Of a DNA stretch of 64,000 nucleotides, positions 24,381 to 38,200 are shown piece by piece (position 1 is the first letter of the stretch; each line of letters begins with the position of its first letter). The stretch is from Lama guanicoe. Taxonomy: Eukaryota. The position numbers and the translations under genes were made by a program. Under the pieces are notes generated by a model. The model saw nothing but the letters and a program-made list of their open reading frames with translations. It did no database searches and was not told the DNA's origin. The DNA is taken from positions 4,730,399 through 4,794,398 of the forward strand of contig MU053934.1 in assembly GCA_013239625.1 (NCBI GenBank), in the 5' to 3' direction.

Positions 24381-27300
24381 CGTGATCATCACTCTTACTA
24401 CCCGAAGTCCGAAAGGTGAACAGGGCCCTCACATACAGCTGATGAAACCCTGCACATGGTAGATTCGATAAGACACTGGGCATCAAGTCTTTTAGGTAGA
24501 ACATAATGTCTTCAGAGGACATTGTTTCTGGGGAAAATCAGATTCAATCTCTGTTATTTAGGTAAATTTGTGCCAGTTATGCTGCTAGTAGCCACGCGCT
24601 CCTCTGTGCAGTCATCGCTAACCGATCACAGCGCCCTCCAGCAGGGCATTCTGGCAGCATGACTAATTAGGTGGAAACCTATTTTCCATCCTAGATTAGA
24701 CTTTGAGAGCCTTTCTTAGGAGCGTAACCAGCTGCATGTGGGAGAAGGGCCAGTGGTGGGTTGTACTCGCTCTGGTTTCCCTTCCCTGAGCCTTAGTTTT
24801 CTCATCTCTACAATGGGATAATTAAAGATGATTAGAGATGATTCCTGCAAAGCACCCAGCTGTGTGCCCAGCACAGAAGAGGGCTCAGGGCTGATAACAG
24901 CAAGAGCTGGCACTTACTGTGCCCAGAATGCTTTACCTGCATTATCACCTTTTAACCCTTATAACCACCCCAAGAGGTAGGTGCTGTCAGAGCCCCATTT
25001 TACGCAGGAGGAAAGTGAGGCTCAGAGAGGTTGAGTAACTTTTTTCCAGGTTGTGCAGCCAGGATATGGTAAAGCTGGCATGAAAACCTCAATTTCTCTG
25101 AATCCCCAGGCTTAGCTTTTATCCAGGACACCGCTACCACCTGCGGAGCCTGGAGACACCAGCTCTCCACACTCCACCAGAGCAGGGAGGTTTGCTTCTC
25201 AGTTCCAGGTGACTGGATAAAGGTCTTCCTGGGTTCCAGCATCTACGTTCAGCAGGCACCTCACTGCATCCTGCCAGAGGCCACCCCCTTGAGGACTTTG
25301 CAGCCCCCTTCCCTCCCGGCATGCTCCTGGCTGCTGCCTCCCCCGCTCCAGCCAGCGCTGAGCCAGCGCTTCTGCTGCGGTGCGAACCAGCCATGCATGG
25401 TGGGAAGCCAGTCGGCTGTGAAGGCTGCCTCTCTGCTGGGCAGGGGGAGGGTGCCAGCCTGAGCTGGGAGGCAGGAGACGCCAGTTGCCAGTGACCTTGG
25501 ACAAGTCACTTCCCCTCCTTGCCCTCAGTCTCCCTGTCTGTAGGATGGGGAGAGCTGGGCAGTGAGATCAGGAAGGGGCTGCCTGGGGCGCCCATTCCCC
25601 TGCTGCCCTTGTCAGGAAGCATCTCAGTGGTGTCCGCAGGGACTGGGCGCTGCGCTCCTTATGGGCAGGCTCACTCTGTGCCTTCATGGCTGTGGTCCTG
25701 GTTCTCATCTGCCCCCCTGTCCCACTTCTGCTTGCTTCTGGCCTCCTGCCTGGCTCTGCCTTCTGCTGCTAGGGCTGGTGTCTGTGGGTGCTCATGCTTC
25801 GAAGTCCGCCTGGCTGAGACCCCAGCCTTGTGGACCCTCTGACGTGGGTTCTCACTGGGCAGGAAGAGGGCAGAGCCCACCATCTCATCATAGCCCTGCG
25901 GTTCCAAGCCTTGTGCTGTTTGTTGTGAGGGTTCAGTGTGTTTGCTGAGGGAGTGAACGGGCTTTCATTCATCCATCCTGCGCTCACCCGCTCATGAGAT
26001 CATTCGGCAAGCCTTTACCGAATGCGCACCGTGTACCAGGCACGTGCAGGGAAAGGTCACTCTGGCTTCCTTGGAGAGATGGCAGCCTGAAGACCATCCG
26101 GAGAGCGGACCTGTGGGATGGTGGCAAGGGATGATGGTGGCCCAGGGTGCTGGTGGGGCCTGGAGAGGAGGGTCCGAGTGGAGGGGTGGCTGCTTTGGGG
26201 TTGGTGTTGGAAGGACTCAGAGGTGACTCTAGGGACTGTGGCCTGGTTAAGCGTGAATGAGCCTGCTCCTGGCTTCTTGGCTGAGAGGCCTTTGTCTTTG
26301 CTGAGGCTCTGTTTGCTCATCTGCAAAATGGAAGCCTCAGCGACCCCTAGTTGGGAATGTGGGAATGTCAGGGGGTCCAGTGAGAATTCTAGGGCAAGCA
26401 CTGACCAGGCAAACTGTGAAGTGCCGAGCGGCAGCACCGGGGCTGATGATGGCACTGGCAGGGGACCACCTGGGGTAGCTCGGGTGCCCTGGTTCAGAAC
26501 AAGGGTCCGGAAGGCCAGCAGGCAGCTGAGCCCCGCGTCTTTGATGATGGTCGGAGGAGCCTGTGGGCCGGGCTGCCAGGGAGAGGGGGGGGAATGTGCT
26601 AATTCCTGGGAGTGGGGCTGCCTGGAGGCTGGGGAGTAAGAGGGGAGACAACCTGGCAAGCCCTAACCATGGGGAGGAGAAACGGGGCTGTCACCAGCAA
26701 GAAGACCCCTCTCCCGTCACCCTCCTGCCCCTGCTCTGGTCATTTAGTCCATCCCCCTGCCTCTGGCGGGCTACCTCTCAGTCCTGCTGTGCCAGACGGG
26801 GCCTTGGGCCACCTGATCAGGACATTGAGGGCCTTCTGAGGGCTCTTGACAGTTGGGAAGTCCTCCTTCTAACCTCCGCCCAGCCTACCCTGAGCCTGGT
26901 CCCTGTGTCTGGGCCACTGGGAAATCTGGGCTGTGCTCTTCCACCTCTTCCTGTCTAAACAGGTGGCTCCTGGGCTCACCCCTCCCACCTCACTGGCAGC
27001 TGGTGTCACCCTCCCTGCCTCCCCTACACCGTGGAGAGAGCGCCCGGCCGGGAGCCCAGAGCTGTGTGACCTCGGGTGAGGGCCTCTCCCCGGACCCACT
27101 CTCCTCCCCACTCACCTTCGTCCTCGGGGGTCCTGGGGCTCCTGGTGTAGAAGCAGTTTGTCATCTGTCAAGTGTGTTCCCTCCTTCCCTGCCTTCTTTC
27201 ATTTGTTTGCTTATTCATTCCTCACTCAAAAGCCCTCAGTGACTCTCTGTCACCCCCGGAGTGACAGATTCCGGGCCTTCCATGATCCACAGTTTGGCCT

Positions 27301-29976
27301 CCAGCCGCCTTCCTGCTATTCCTCTCCGTGTGCTCTGTTCTGAAGCCCAAACAAGCTGCTGGTGTTTCCTGAACTCCCTGTTTCCCTGCCTGTCTGCCCT
27401 GCGATGCCCTCTGCCCCATCCCCACAGTGCCACATCCTGCCAGGGACACCAGCCCCAGCTTCCCAGCCACCACCTGCAGGAAGTTTTCCTGGATCTCAGC
27501 TTTTTCCGCTCTAGACCCCCTCAGCCCTCTATCAGCCCTCCCCTAGCCTAGGAGCTTCCTCCTGCCTCAGGGAATTGTTTGTTCCTTGCCCTTTCCCCTC
27601 CACCGGGTGTGAGGCCCCAGACTGCCTGGCCTGTGGCTCTCACTTTACTGTGTCTCCAACGCCCAGGCCTGGCACAGATAGGCTTATTCATCACTTTCTG
27701 GTTTACAAAGTACTTTCCAGCTCTCCATGACCTCTTAGATTCTCTCAGCCCCTCCCGTGCCAGCGGCAGGGCCTGGAAAGTGCTAACTCCCCATTCTACA
27801 GCTGGGGAGACTGAGGCCAGGGGAGGGAGCATGACTTGTCTGAGGTCACACGTTGAGCACTTGGCAGAGCCAGGGCAGACTGGAGCCTGGGGCTCCGGAC
27901 TCTCAGGCCAGGGTCTGCTTGTGGCTGGAGAAAGGGTTCTTTTGGGGAGGGTGTCCCCTCCTCCTTAGGCCCTGGCCCAATAGGAAGGCCCAGATGGACG
28001 GTAAGTGTTGCTGGAAGAAGCAACACATGTCTGGGAAATTGTCCGTTTCCCTCCATCTGGTGTAGGGAAGGTTGTTTTTCTCAGAAGTAAAAGTCAGCAT
28101 CAAGCTGTGCTCTGGGGATGCTTATCGTGGCCAGAATGGATGGGACACTCTCATTGGTCAGCAGGTTGGACTGGACAGCCAGTCAGAGGAGCCTAGCTGG
28201 GCCGGGGAGAGCCTGACCCATGGTCAACCTCAGGTACTGTCACCTGGAGATTTCTATATAGAGAGAGCTACATATGCAGAAGCTGCCCCTGACCTAGCCT
28301 AGGAGCATTGGTGAAGCCTACCTGGAGGAGGAGGCATTTGGCCTGGGTCTTGCTGTATGAGTAGGAGTTTTCCAGGAGAACAGCTGAGGGTAGTGTTTTA
28401 GGCAGAGGGAATAGTGTAGAGAACAGTGAGGAATTTAAAGTGGCTGGAACAGTGTGAGGCAGGGGCTGGATAGCAGGGCATGAAATGCCAGGTTAGAGGT
28501 TGTTCTTGATTTTGTGGGCCCTGGGGAGCCATTGAAGGGTGTCCAGCAGGGATAGGACATGGGAACTTCATTTATTAGAGTGGTCATTGCTAGAACAGAA
28601 TGGAGGATGCTTGAGGGAAAGAGACTAAGTTCTGGAGACCAAGCAGGAGGCTCCTGTAATGGATATAGATTGGTTGATTCGTTTGTTCATTCATTCATTC
28701 AGCAAGTGTTTACTGAAGCCCAGCTTCAATAGTGTTGGACACTGTTCTTGACTTGGGTGGGGACGTGGTGTACGAGGCCTTGACACCGAGTCCCCAGCCT
28801 GATGGGGGAGGCAGAACCACACCCGAATCGTACTCCAGTGAAGAAGAATGGGGTAAGGACTGGGCAGAGGGACCTTCAGGGAGCCGTGGGCACCAGGAGG
28901 ATGGAGTGGTCAGCCTGTCCTGCCCGGGGATGCTGCAGGAGTCAGGAGGGACTTTGAAGGGGGAGAAGTAGAGAGAGGGGGGGTGGCACCCCAGTTGAGG
29001 AAACAGCCTAGTCCAAGGCGCTGAGCCAAGCTGGGGTCACCAGGGTTGCAGATAGGCTGGAATGGGGGCTGGGAGGGGACAGGAGTGGGAAGGATATTCA
29101 GCACCCAGATTCTGGAAGGCTATGCCAGAGGGGGCACTGGTGTTCACCCAAAACCCCCTGAGCGCTGGGTGCATTTCATTGTCCCAGCAGCTCAGCCGGA
29201 TCTTGAGATTTGCCCACTTGACAGTCGAGGCCCAGAGAGGCGAAGTGCTTGCTAGGCCACCCAGCCTGGCGGTGGCTGCGTGGGGCTTGGGGTGGGGGCC
29301 CGGGCCTGTGCAGCCAGCCCTGTGGAGCCTGTGAGCCCAGACAGGAGGTCTCGTTGTAACTGATAAAGAGCAGGCGGATTAGAAAGAGGGCTAGCTGGCT
29401 AATGAGGAGTCAGTCTCCTCCTGGGACATTTAAAACATGATTGGATTTTTACTCCTCCATCCTGCCTGTACTCCGGCTCCGGCTTCGTGTCAGAAGCCAA
29501 TTTTGACCTGTCGCCTCCCTCAGACCGCCTCACAGTCCTGTTGGGAGACAAATGGCCCGATTTGTTTCCCTTGGAGAAAAATCAATATGTCTTTTTAATC
29601 AGCCAGGATGTCTTCCTGCGCATCTCCCTCCAGATCTCCTATGAGGCTGCCTTCCACATTTCCATCCCCATCTGTCCTGTGGAGCCATGCTCTGCTCCCC
29701 CGTCTCTCTCTTCTCTCCCCAAGTTCTAACCCTGACACTGGCAATTACTGCTGTGTGATGCTGAGCAAACAACTTGACCTCTCTGGGCGCCACTTGCCAT
29801 CTGGCTGAGCTACGTGAGAAAGTGGGAGGAGGCTCAGCCAACTGTGAAGTGCTGTAGGAATATGGGGGTTTGGGGGGCTGGGCTTGGAGGATAGGCTGTG
29901 CCCACGTGCAAGTTTTGTGAGCTCAGGGAGGTCACTCCTCTTCTAAAATTGTTGGTGGGAGAAGGTTGAGCTGTAT

Positions 29977-30180
29977 CAGTGATTTCAGTTGGGAGTGATC
30001 TTGCCCCTAGGGGACATTCGGTGGTGTCCACAGATGCTTTTGGCTGTCACAGCTTGGGGAGGGTGTGCTACTGGTTTCCGATGGGTAAAGTTCAAGTGTC
30101 CTACAATGCACAGGACAGCCTCCCACGACAGAATCACCAGCTCTCAATGTTAGTAGTGTTGCGGCTCAGAAATGTTGGCC
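29977..30180 (+). mobile_element. MER20-like hAT-Charlie MITE
   Basis: gccccTaggggacatt...ttttggctgtcaca...tcctacaatgcacaggacagcctccc; opposite orientation to the copy at 34159. Confidence 0.7.
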
Positions 30181-30404
30181 GAGGTGGTCTCTGAGAGCCC
30201 CTGAGGCTCTGAAAGTGTGGGAAAAGCACGGAGCCGAGGGTCTTGTGGGGTGGAGGGCCGAGACTGAGAGTGGGAATCACTGAAAGAGGAGTCAAGGATG
30301 ATGCTCAGTCCCAACCTGAAGGGATTCCTGAGGTCACATAGACCTGGCTTTGAATCCTGGAGCTGCCATTTACTAGAGTCACATGCCCAACCACCTTCCC
30401 ATGT

Positions 30405-30740
30405 GGCCACCCACCCATCTCCCCACCCACCTTTCTTCACTTCATCCATTCATCCATCCATCCATCCATCTGCCCATCAACCCACTTATCCATCCATCCA
30501 TCCATCTATCCATCTGTCCACCCACCAACCCACTCATCTGTCTATCCATCCATTCACCTTTTCATCTCTTCACCCATTTATCTGCCCACCCACCCACCTA
30601 ATCCACCCAATCCTTACATCCATGCATTCATCCACCCACATTCCCAACGGCCTGCTTATGCAATCATCCATTGGCCCAACTACCCAAAGGCCCCATCCCA
30701 CCCTCCTTCCTACCTATCAACTCATTCACTCTCCATCAAT
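30405..30740. repeat. Degenerate (CCAT/CCAC)n tetranucleotide repeat
   Basis: catccattcatccatccatccatccatc... Confidence 0.9.
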
Positions 30741-33700
30741 TCACTTGTTTGGCAAATCCTTATTGATCCGCCTGCCACCTGCTGAACGCCCAGCCAAACC
30801 CTGTGTTGGGCGCCATCACTCTCTCCTTGTACTATTTACAAGGCCTTTTGCACCTGGCTTTTTCTCCTCATCCTCTGCTAGACTGTGAGCTCCGTGAAGA
30901 CAGGCTCCATATTCCATTAAGGCCTGTCTCTTCTTTAGGCCTTGACCCTCAGCCCCGCACATAGCAGGTGTACAGCAAAGCTTTCAATGAAGTGCATCCT
31001 AGTAAACAAGGTTGGAGGTGGAGATTGTGTGGACAGAGATGAGGCCGGCCAAGAGCCCTCATACAAAGGACTGCCAGGCCAAGGAATTTGGGAATTGTCT
31101 GGAAGGCAGTGGGGAGCCATGGGAGACTTTTGGTTTTAGAGGAGCCCTCGGGCTGCTGCATGGAGGATGTATCAGAGGACGCAAGGCTGGAGCAGGAGGC
31201 TGTTCAGATACTCAGGAGTGAGTGAGTGCGTCCTGCCTTGGGCAGCAGTGGTGCAGAGGAGAGGGTGGAGAGGAGAGATTTAGGCGGCGCAATGGACAGG
31301 TCTCTGAGATGGACATGGGGATGAGAGGGAGGGAAGCTCTGGAGGGTTCTAGTCTGGACAACTGGCAGCATTGGTGGTGGTTGGGGGCATTATTCTTGGG
31401 GGCGTGAAGTGCAGGGGAGAATTTGGCGGTCTGGGGAGAGTATGACCTATCCCATTTTGGGCCTGATGAATCTGAGGTTCCTGGAGACATCCCAGGGCAG
31501 TGTCTAGGAGGCCAGTTCAGCAGTGAGTGAGCCTGTGGCTGGGACAGACTCAGGACCTGGTCAGCCCAGGGATGGTCATCGAGGTTGTGGCAGTGGGTGT
31601 GGGGTCACGGAATGGAGAAGAGAGATCAGGGGGCTAGGGACCTGAGAAGGGCCAGCATTTAAGAGGTGGAGTCTGCAAAGCAGGAAGGGGACCTGCCCAG
31701 GGGCTTGTGGTGTCCCCGCCACCCAGGAGGAGAGCGTTTCTAGAACGTTCGTGAACTTGGATGGGGACAAGTTGCATGTTTGTTTTCACTGACCTCTGAC
31801 CGAAATGCGGCATTTCTTTCTATTATGAATGGAGGCAATGAAGCATGGTGGGATTCCTGGCTGTTCCCGTGACTGTCACCAGTAGCGGTCACGGAGATCT
31901 GTGCTGCATCTCGGCCATTGTAGAGCGCTCCGAGTGTCATTGCCACTCATCCCTGCTTCCTCGTCACACAGACTCGGACCCGCCCCGGCTCTGGTTATTC
32001 ACTGTGTTGGTAACGAAGCGCACATAGTTCTCCATGACAAATTTGTGATTTTAAAAAATATTTTGACAACTATTTCAACGTAACTGGCTTCTTTCCTTTC
32101 TAATGCTAAGCATTCTTCAAAGAATGTATGCACTTAAGAACATTCTTCTGAGAAAGGGCTCGTGCGCTTCCCCAGAGACCACAGAGACCCTTAAGAGCCG
32201 CTGTTGCAGGAAGAGGGGGTGGGCCGTGTCCAGCGTTGCTGCGTTGGGGGCACAGAGGACGCTGTGCACGCGTGTTAGCACATGCGGTGTGCAGGTGCAC
32301 GCGGGGCTGCGGGGCTCAGGGGGATGCACATGTGAACATGCGCAGTGTGTGGTCAGGGCGGGCGGGGACATGTGTGGTGGGGTACAGGCCCCCAGGAGGC
32401 CGAGGGAGAGTGTCATCACCCTCCGTCCAGCCCTCACCCTCTCCATCTGTCTCCACTGAGTGTTTGCTGGTGGTTTCTGGAGGGCAGAGACCATGTCGTC
32501 TTCATTCAGGGTTCCCAGAGGCCCTGTGGGCCAGACAGAGGGGGGCATCAGTGAGGAGGTGCTGAATAAATGGATAGTGAGTGATGGATGTTAACAAGGA
32601 GAGGAGAGGGGAGTTCAGGGTGGGAAGGGAGACTGGGAATCCCTCCAGCAAAAAAATCCCTCCTTAGCAACTTGATGCCTCCAAGTGACAGGGACCTCAT
32701 TCCCTCATGAGCTGCTGCTCCAGGTGGGCCTCTGGGCACAGAGAGGGACACATATGCTCTGCCTTTGGAGAGCACAGCCTGGTTGGAGATGACAGGTCGG
32801 GACAGACCACACTGTTGTAAGGGGGACGTCCAAGGTTCAGTGAGGGCCGGGGAGGTGTCCACACCCTCTGCCTTGGATTCCAGGAGGCTCCCTTGCAGGC
32901 ACACCTTCTTTGTAGGTGGGCTCCTGAGGCTGGGTCAGCCCACAGACCGTGGGACCCTGACCCCCAGGGGCCTTCCCTGCCCTTCTCTTCAGCAGTCGCT
33001 GAAGCGTGGCGTCTGGAGGGTCTCCTGGGCTGGAGCTTCTGTCTTGTAGACTGTCCACCCCAGGTTTTCTTCCAAGCTGGTGGCCCCTGTTCCCTCGCCA
33101 TCGCCTCCCCCATTCCCACTGTCTGCACTGGGCACGGAGGCCTGCTGGGCATCTGAGAATCAGAGACTTTGGCCAAATTCAATGAGTTCTCAAATTAAGG
33201 GGACTTAAAGAAGTGGGGTTGGGGGCAGGGACAAGGAAGAAAGGGACAGCTCACTCTTTCTAAGGGATCTCAGCCCACCGAGGCTCCATAGATTATAACC
33301 AGAACCAATCAGCTCGGGCAGGGCTGTGCGTCATGTGGGGAGCTTCCTGTTGCTAGAGGCATGTAAGTGGAGACAGGCCTAGGACGCTCTGCCCAGCAGG
33401 TCTGTTCACTTTGTGGAACAATTTTCTGTCTCAGCGCAACTACTGTGTCCGCTTGGGCAAGTTCTGCTGCCTCTGGACCTCCATTTTCATATCTATAAAG
33501 TGGATGTAATGTCTTCAGGCCTGTCTCCAAGGGCTCCTGTTGTGGGCTTGGGCAGAACAAATCTTTAAACAAACTGAAGACCGGATGGTGTGAGGTTCAG
33601 ATCTCGGCTCTGTCCCTCGCTCTGGCCTGGGGCAAGTCTGTAAAACAGAGATGACACCTCCTCCTCTGCAAGGTTGTGGTGAGGGTCCCTGTGGGGGTCC

Positions 33701-33794
33701 ATGACAGCCGGAGCCCCAGCAGGTGCCTGTGTTTTTTTAACGGTTGCATTTTCTTTGTCCTTAGAGCAGTTGCTCGTTACCATTTTGTGTTACA

Positions 33795-34560
33795 CTTTTT
33801 ATTGGGGTAAAACGGGCATGCAGTAGAGCTCACATGTCTTAATGTGCAGCTCAAGGCATTTTTCCACATAAACATTCCTGTGACCACACTCAGGCCAAGA
33901 AGAACATAACATCTCCAGCCCCGGAAGCTCCCTGGCGCCCCCTGCAATGGGCACTCCCCCAGAGTTACCACAGTTCTGACCTCCAGCACTGTCGGTCCAC
34001 TTTGCCTGGGTTTTCACTTCGTATAATTAGATTCGGATGCTCTTTGCTGTCTGGCATCTCCCTCCTGTTACCCAGAGTTGTGCCTGGCAGCTCCGTCCAC
34101 GCTGCTGCAGTAGTTTGTTCTTTTTCATCACTGGGTATCCCAACGAAGGGATGTACTGCAGTGTTGACATTCTGGGCTGGATGGTTCTCTGTGGAGGGGC
34201 CGTTCTGTGCGTTGTAGGATATTGAGCAGCGTCCCTGGTCTCCACCCACCACATGCCAGGAGTGTCCCTCAAACCCCAGTTGTGACAACCAAAAATGTTT
34301 CCAGGCTGGCCACATGTCCCCTGGGGGCCAAAATCGTCCCCAGTTGAAATTTGCGCCCAACTCACTCTCCTGCTGTTGGGTTGGGACTCCTGAGCTTTCC
34401 CTAGGTTGACACTGTTAAGAATAACGTGTGACTTTTTGTGGACTTATGTCAGCGTTTCTCTGGGGTATGGACTCAGGGGTGGCACTGCTTGACCCTAGTG
34501 TGGGCCTATGTTTAGTTTGAATAAATGCTGCCGAGCAGCTTTCCAGAGTGGTTGTTGCTC
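33795..34560 (-). mobile_element. Old L1 (L1M/L1ME-like) 3' end interrupted by a MER20
   Basis: Starts ttttattggggtaaaa..., the typical antisense L1M 3' UTR, and resumes after the MER20 insert. Confidence 0.6.
34159..34352 (-). mobile_element. MER20-like hAT-Charlie MITE
   Basis: gttgtgacaaccaaaaatgtttccag...ccctgggggccaaaatcgtccccagttga matches MER20 from memory. Confidence 0.75.
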
Positions 34561-34572
34561 ATGAAGCTACAT

Positions 34573-34610
34573 TGAATGAATGAATGAATGAATGAATGAA
34601 TGAGTGAATG
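34573..34610. repeat. (TGAA)n microsatellite
   Basis: About 9 units, probably grown from an L2 tail. Confidence 0.9.
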
Positions 34611-35202
34611 GATACCCTCTTTAAAGCCCAGGGCCTGCAGCATAGGTGACATTCAGAATAGTAGCAACCTTTACTACAGTGCATGCCACATGGCCTCATA
34701 CCACGCTGGGTCCTGGAACAGGGGAGCGCTCTGGGCATCTCCAGGGCAGGAGTGAACCTGGTTCATCTCAGTACACTGATACACAGGCCAGGTGGATAGC
34801 AGGTGCCCTGTGGATGCCTGTGGGCCTGGCCTTGGAAGAGCATGGAGCTGGCCCAAGAACTAGGGCCTGGAGCCTCAGGCCTTGGTTTGTGAAGACCTGA
34901 GTGCCCATCCCTGGACGCACTGTTGGAGGAATAGGGGAGGGACCCCCGTATAGGGGCTGGTTCACCTTCCCTGCCTCCCTGGTCCAGGAGGATGCAGCTC
35001 CCAGCCCTCCTCCTGCATTTGATTTATTTAAGCAACTGAGGTGCATCCTGGGAAATGGATCTGATTTCAGAGTTGACAAAAAAATAAACAAATTTGGCTG
35101 CCCCAGCCAAACCCAGTACTCCCGCCCTCATCCACCCTTCCAGAGCCCCCTGTGTTATAGAAACCATGACTGTCAGCTGGGCCTACGGGATGGAGGGTGA
35201 TG

Positions 35203-35216
35203 GTTGCCACGGTAAC
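35203..35216. promoter_or_regulatory. RFX X-box
   Basis: GTTGCCACGGTAAC within the extended near-palindrome TGGTTGCCACGGTAACCA. Confidence 0.55.
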
Positions 35217-38200
35217 CACGCAGGCCTCTGGCTCTGGCTCCTGGAGAGCAGGCTGCCCTGAGGGGCCTGCTCAGGCTTTGGGCACTGCCCAGCCAGTCAC
35301 TCTTCTCTTTGAGAAGTTGAGGTGGGGGTGGGGCCTGGCATCATGGCTTCCCTGGTGACCCTGTTTTCCCAAATCACACCCTGGCCTTCTCAAGACAGCA
35401 GCCGAGCATGGGGTGGAGTTATGGTTTCGATCCAGCTTGGTCTCTTGCTGGGGTCCTTGAGGCCAGCACCCTCCGCTCGCTAGCCTCCCCTCCCACCATC
35501 TCCTGCACTCAGGTCCTTCCTTCCCAGCTGTGGCAGGGGTGGAATATCCCCCTTCCTGACCCCGCCCTGCTGACCTAGGCCAGAGGGAGACAATGTAGGC
35601 AAGAAGGGAAGGGCAGATATTCCACTGAGCACATGCCAGTCCACGCTCTGTGTCTGGGGGATGCAGAGCACGTGGCCAAGAACAAGGGATTTGGAGTCAG
35701 CAGAGGCGGGTTCAAATTCTGCCCCTGCCGCATTCCAGCTGCGTGACCCAAGGTGGCTGTGACTGGAGCCGCAGAGCCAGCACTGGTGCCTCAGTTTCTT
35801 TATCTATCAAATGGGGTTAATGATAGTACCTGCCAGCTGGGGGGACTTGGCTGAAACTCCAGGGCTACTCTCTACATTGCCAGGCCTGAATTGATTGAAC
35901 CTTCAGCACTTGGGAGGCAGACATCATCTAAAGGGTTTGTGATAGCATCTCTTTTTCTTACTCAAGGTCGTATTAAGTAATCAGTCAGCAGGTAACACCA
36001 GCATGGGATTCTCAGTCCTCTGCTGGTGAGATGACTTTTTTCCCCGGAAGAGCCAAAGAACTGGAGACCCTGGACCCTGTTATAGGAAAGGTTGACAAGG
36101 GAAAGGGCTTTTCCTGTTGCACACACTTGACAAGCCTTGGTCTCCAGTCCGCAGCTACACTGGCTCTGTGTTCTGGGGCCTCTGGGCTCCCTGCCTCGTG
36201 TGCTTGCCGTGAGGTTTAAGTGAGATAATACGTGCCGTTTGATTAGAAAGCTCCTTGGCAAACAGACACTCAGGAACACTTGAGATATGTTGGCCATTGT
36301 TACATTTATTGCTCTTGTTAACCTGGTCCCTGACACATAGCAGGCAACTCAGTAGGTGCTTGCTATTTCACTGCTGGGCTCTGAGGCCCCAGTTTCAAGG
36401 ACCGTGGGAGGCACTGAGAACAGAGCAGGGGTACAGGGAGGAGAGTCAGGCCCCAGGGGAGGGCTGTTAGGAGGTGGGGCTGAGATGGAGGTGGGGGTGG
36501 AGGTGATAGGTGGGGTGAGGGCTCTGCAGCCCCTAAGGGCCCTTTGGTTGCCCCCACCCCTGCCAGAGGCCTGGGAACGCTTTGCCAAGGAGAGTACCGA
36601 TCGGGTCACCATTGATGCGTTTCCCCATGTGTTCCTCAGAGGCGCCCCTGGCTGCCCATCACGGATCTAATCAGCTTCAGATGACCGAAGGTGCCTGTAC
36701 CGAGCAGCTGCTACACGTCTGGGGACACGTGGCGTTTTGGTGGGGTTTGGAATCCAGCCGTGGCTCAGGGACCCTGTGGGTGGGGAGTCTCTTGTCCTAG
36801 GGTCACTTCTGCTCCAGGCTCGCCGTGTCGCTGGAGTGGCTCTCTGCCCCGCTGTGTCACATCTGTGCAGTGGGGGATGGGACTAGGTGCTTTCTGAGGA
36901 CCCCAATGGGATTGTTCTGTAACAAAGGTCACCCAGAAGGTGGCGAAGTGGGCCAGGTGGCAGGATCCTAACTACACGGCCTCAGGTACCAGGCAGGGGC
37001 CCTGAGCCTCACTGTAGGAGGCAATGCAGGGCCACTGACAGCGCCCTGCCCTCGTGGAGCTGGCATTCAGGCCCCTGCTGACCCTGTTACCCAGAAATCC
37101 CTTACCACACTCCTGGGGCCTCTTTCCTCCCTCACATTGTCCCAGAACGCCGGAGCTTTGCCTGACTGCTCTCGGAGCTCCTCAGTACTTGAGACTAATG
37201 ATGGAAACATTGGGCGCCGGGCCAAGCCACCGAATCGCTCAGCCTGGGACCTTTACTCCCTCTGACACGCCTTCCCCACGCCACGTGATCTAGTTCAACT
37301 TCAAGGAGGGCTGGTGCCTTTGATCCCTGAGCCAGTGGGGAGCGTGTCAGGAACCACGGGCAGCGATGCCAGCTCTGGCCTGACTTCTGAGCCTCACGGG
37401 CTCCTGGAAAGGGCCCAGGCTCTGCCATCTGGGATTTCCCTCAGTGCCTCGGGGCAGGGTTGAGATTGTCCATCTCTGAGTGTCTGAAGCTGAGCAATCT
37501 AGAGGTGAAAGCCACTCCGTCTGCCCCTGAGAGGGATGAGCAACAGAGGCAGCCCTGTGCCGGTGGCTCCGGCACCACTGAGTCAGACCATTTGAGGGAC
37601 TTGCTGACTGTGTGACCTTGGGCAAGTCACTCCAGCTCCCCTGGCCCATTTCTCCATCTGCCCACAGCGGGCAGTGATGAGAGCTAAGGCCATGCCCCTA
37701 GGGGCCTGGCACGCAGTAGTTGTGATTACTGCCAAGTTCATTACTTCCATAGGAGCTAGACCAGGTGGGTGGGGAGCACTTCTAGAGAGGATGCTGAGCC
37801 ACCACTGTGTGGGTGGGGAAGGGTGCTTCAAGGAAAGCTTTGAGAGAGGTGACAAATGACCTGGGCTGTGACGGATGATTAGGAGCTTGCCTGGTAGAGA
37901 TGGTAGAAGGAAGTGCATGCAAAGGATATGCTTGGGAACAGCAAGAAGTTCAATGCATGCCAAGGCTGGTGGGAGATAAGGCCAGGATTGTTCAGTGAGG
38001 TCGGAGCGTAGGCGGCCTTGGGTGTCAGGCCAAGGAGGGCAATGGGGAGCCATGGAATGTGTTTGAACATAGGAGAAGTATAATCAGAGCTGTGCTTCAG
38101 GCAGATTAATCTGGCAGTGGCAAAATACCTTGAGGGCAAGAAAAGCAGGCTCTGGTTTTATATCCCAGCTCTGCCTTATTCTAGCTGGGAACCTTGGGCA

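Noticed and set aside
29097..29117. RE1 left half-sites (TTCAGCAC at about 29097 and 44982)
   Set aside because: No right half (GGACAG) at canonical spacing; expected by chance.
30298..30888. 196-aa His/Pro/Ser-rich ORF
   Set aside because: It is a translation of a MIR fragment plus a (CCAT)n simple repeat, with no sign of being a gene.
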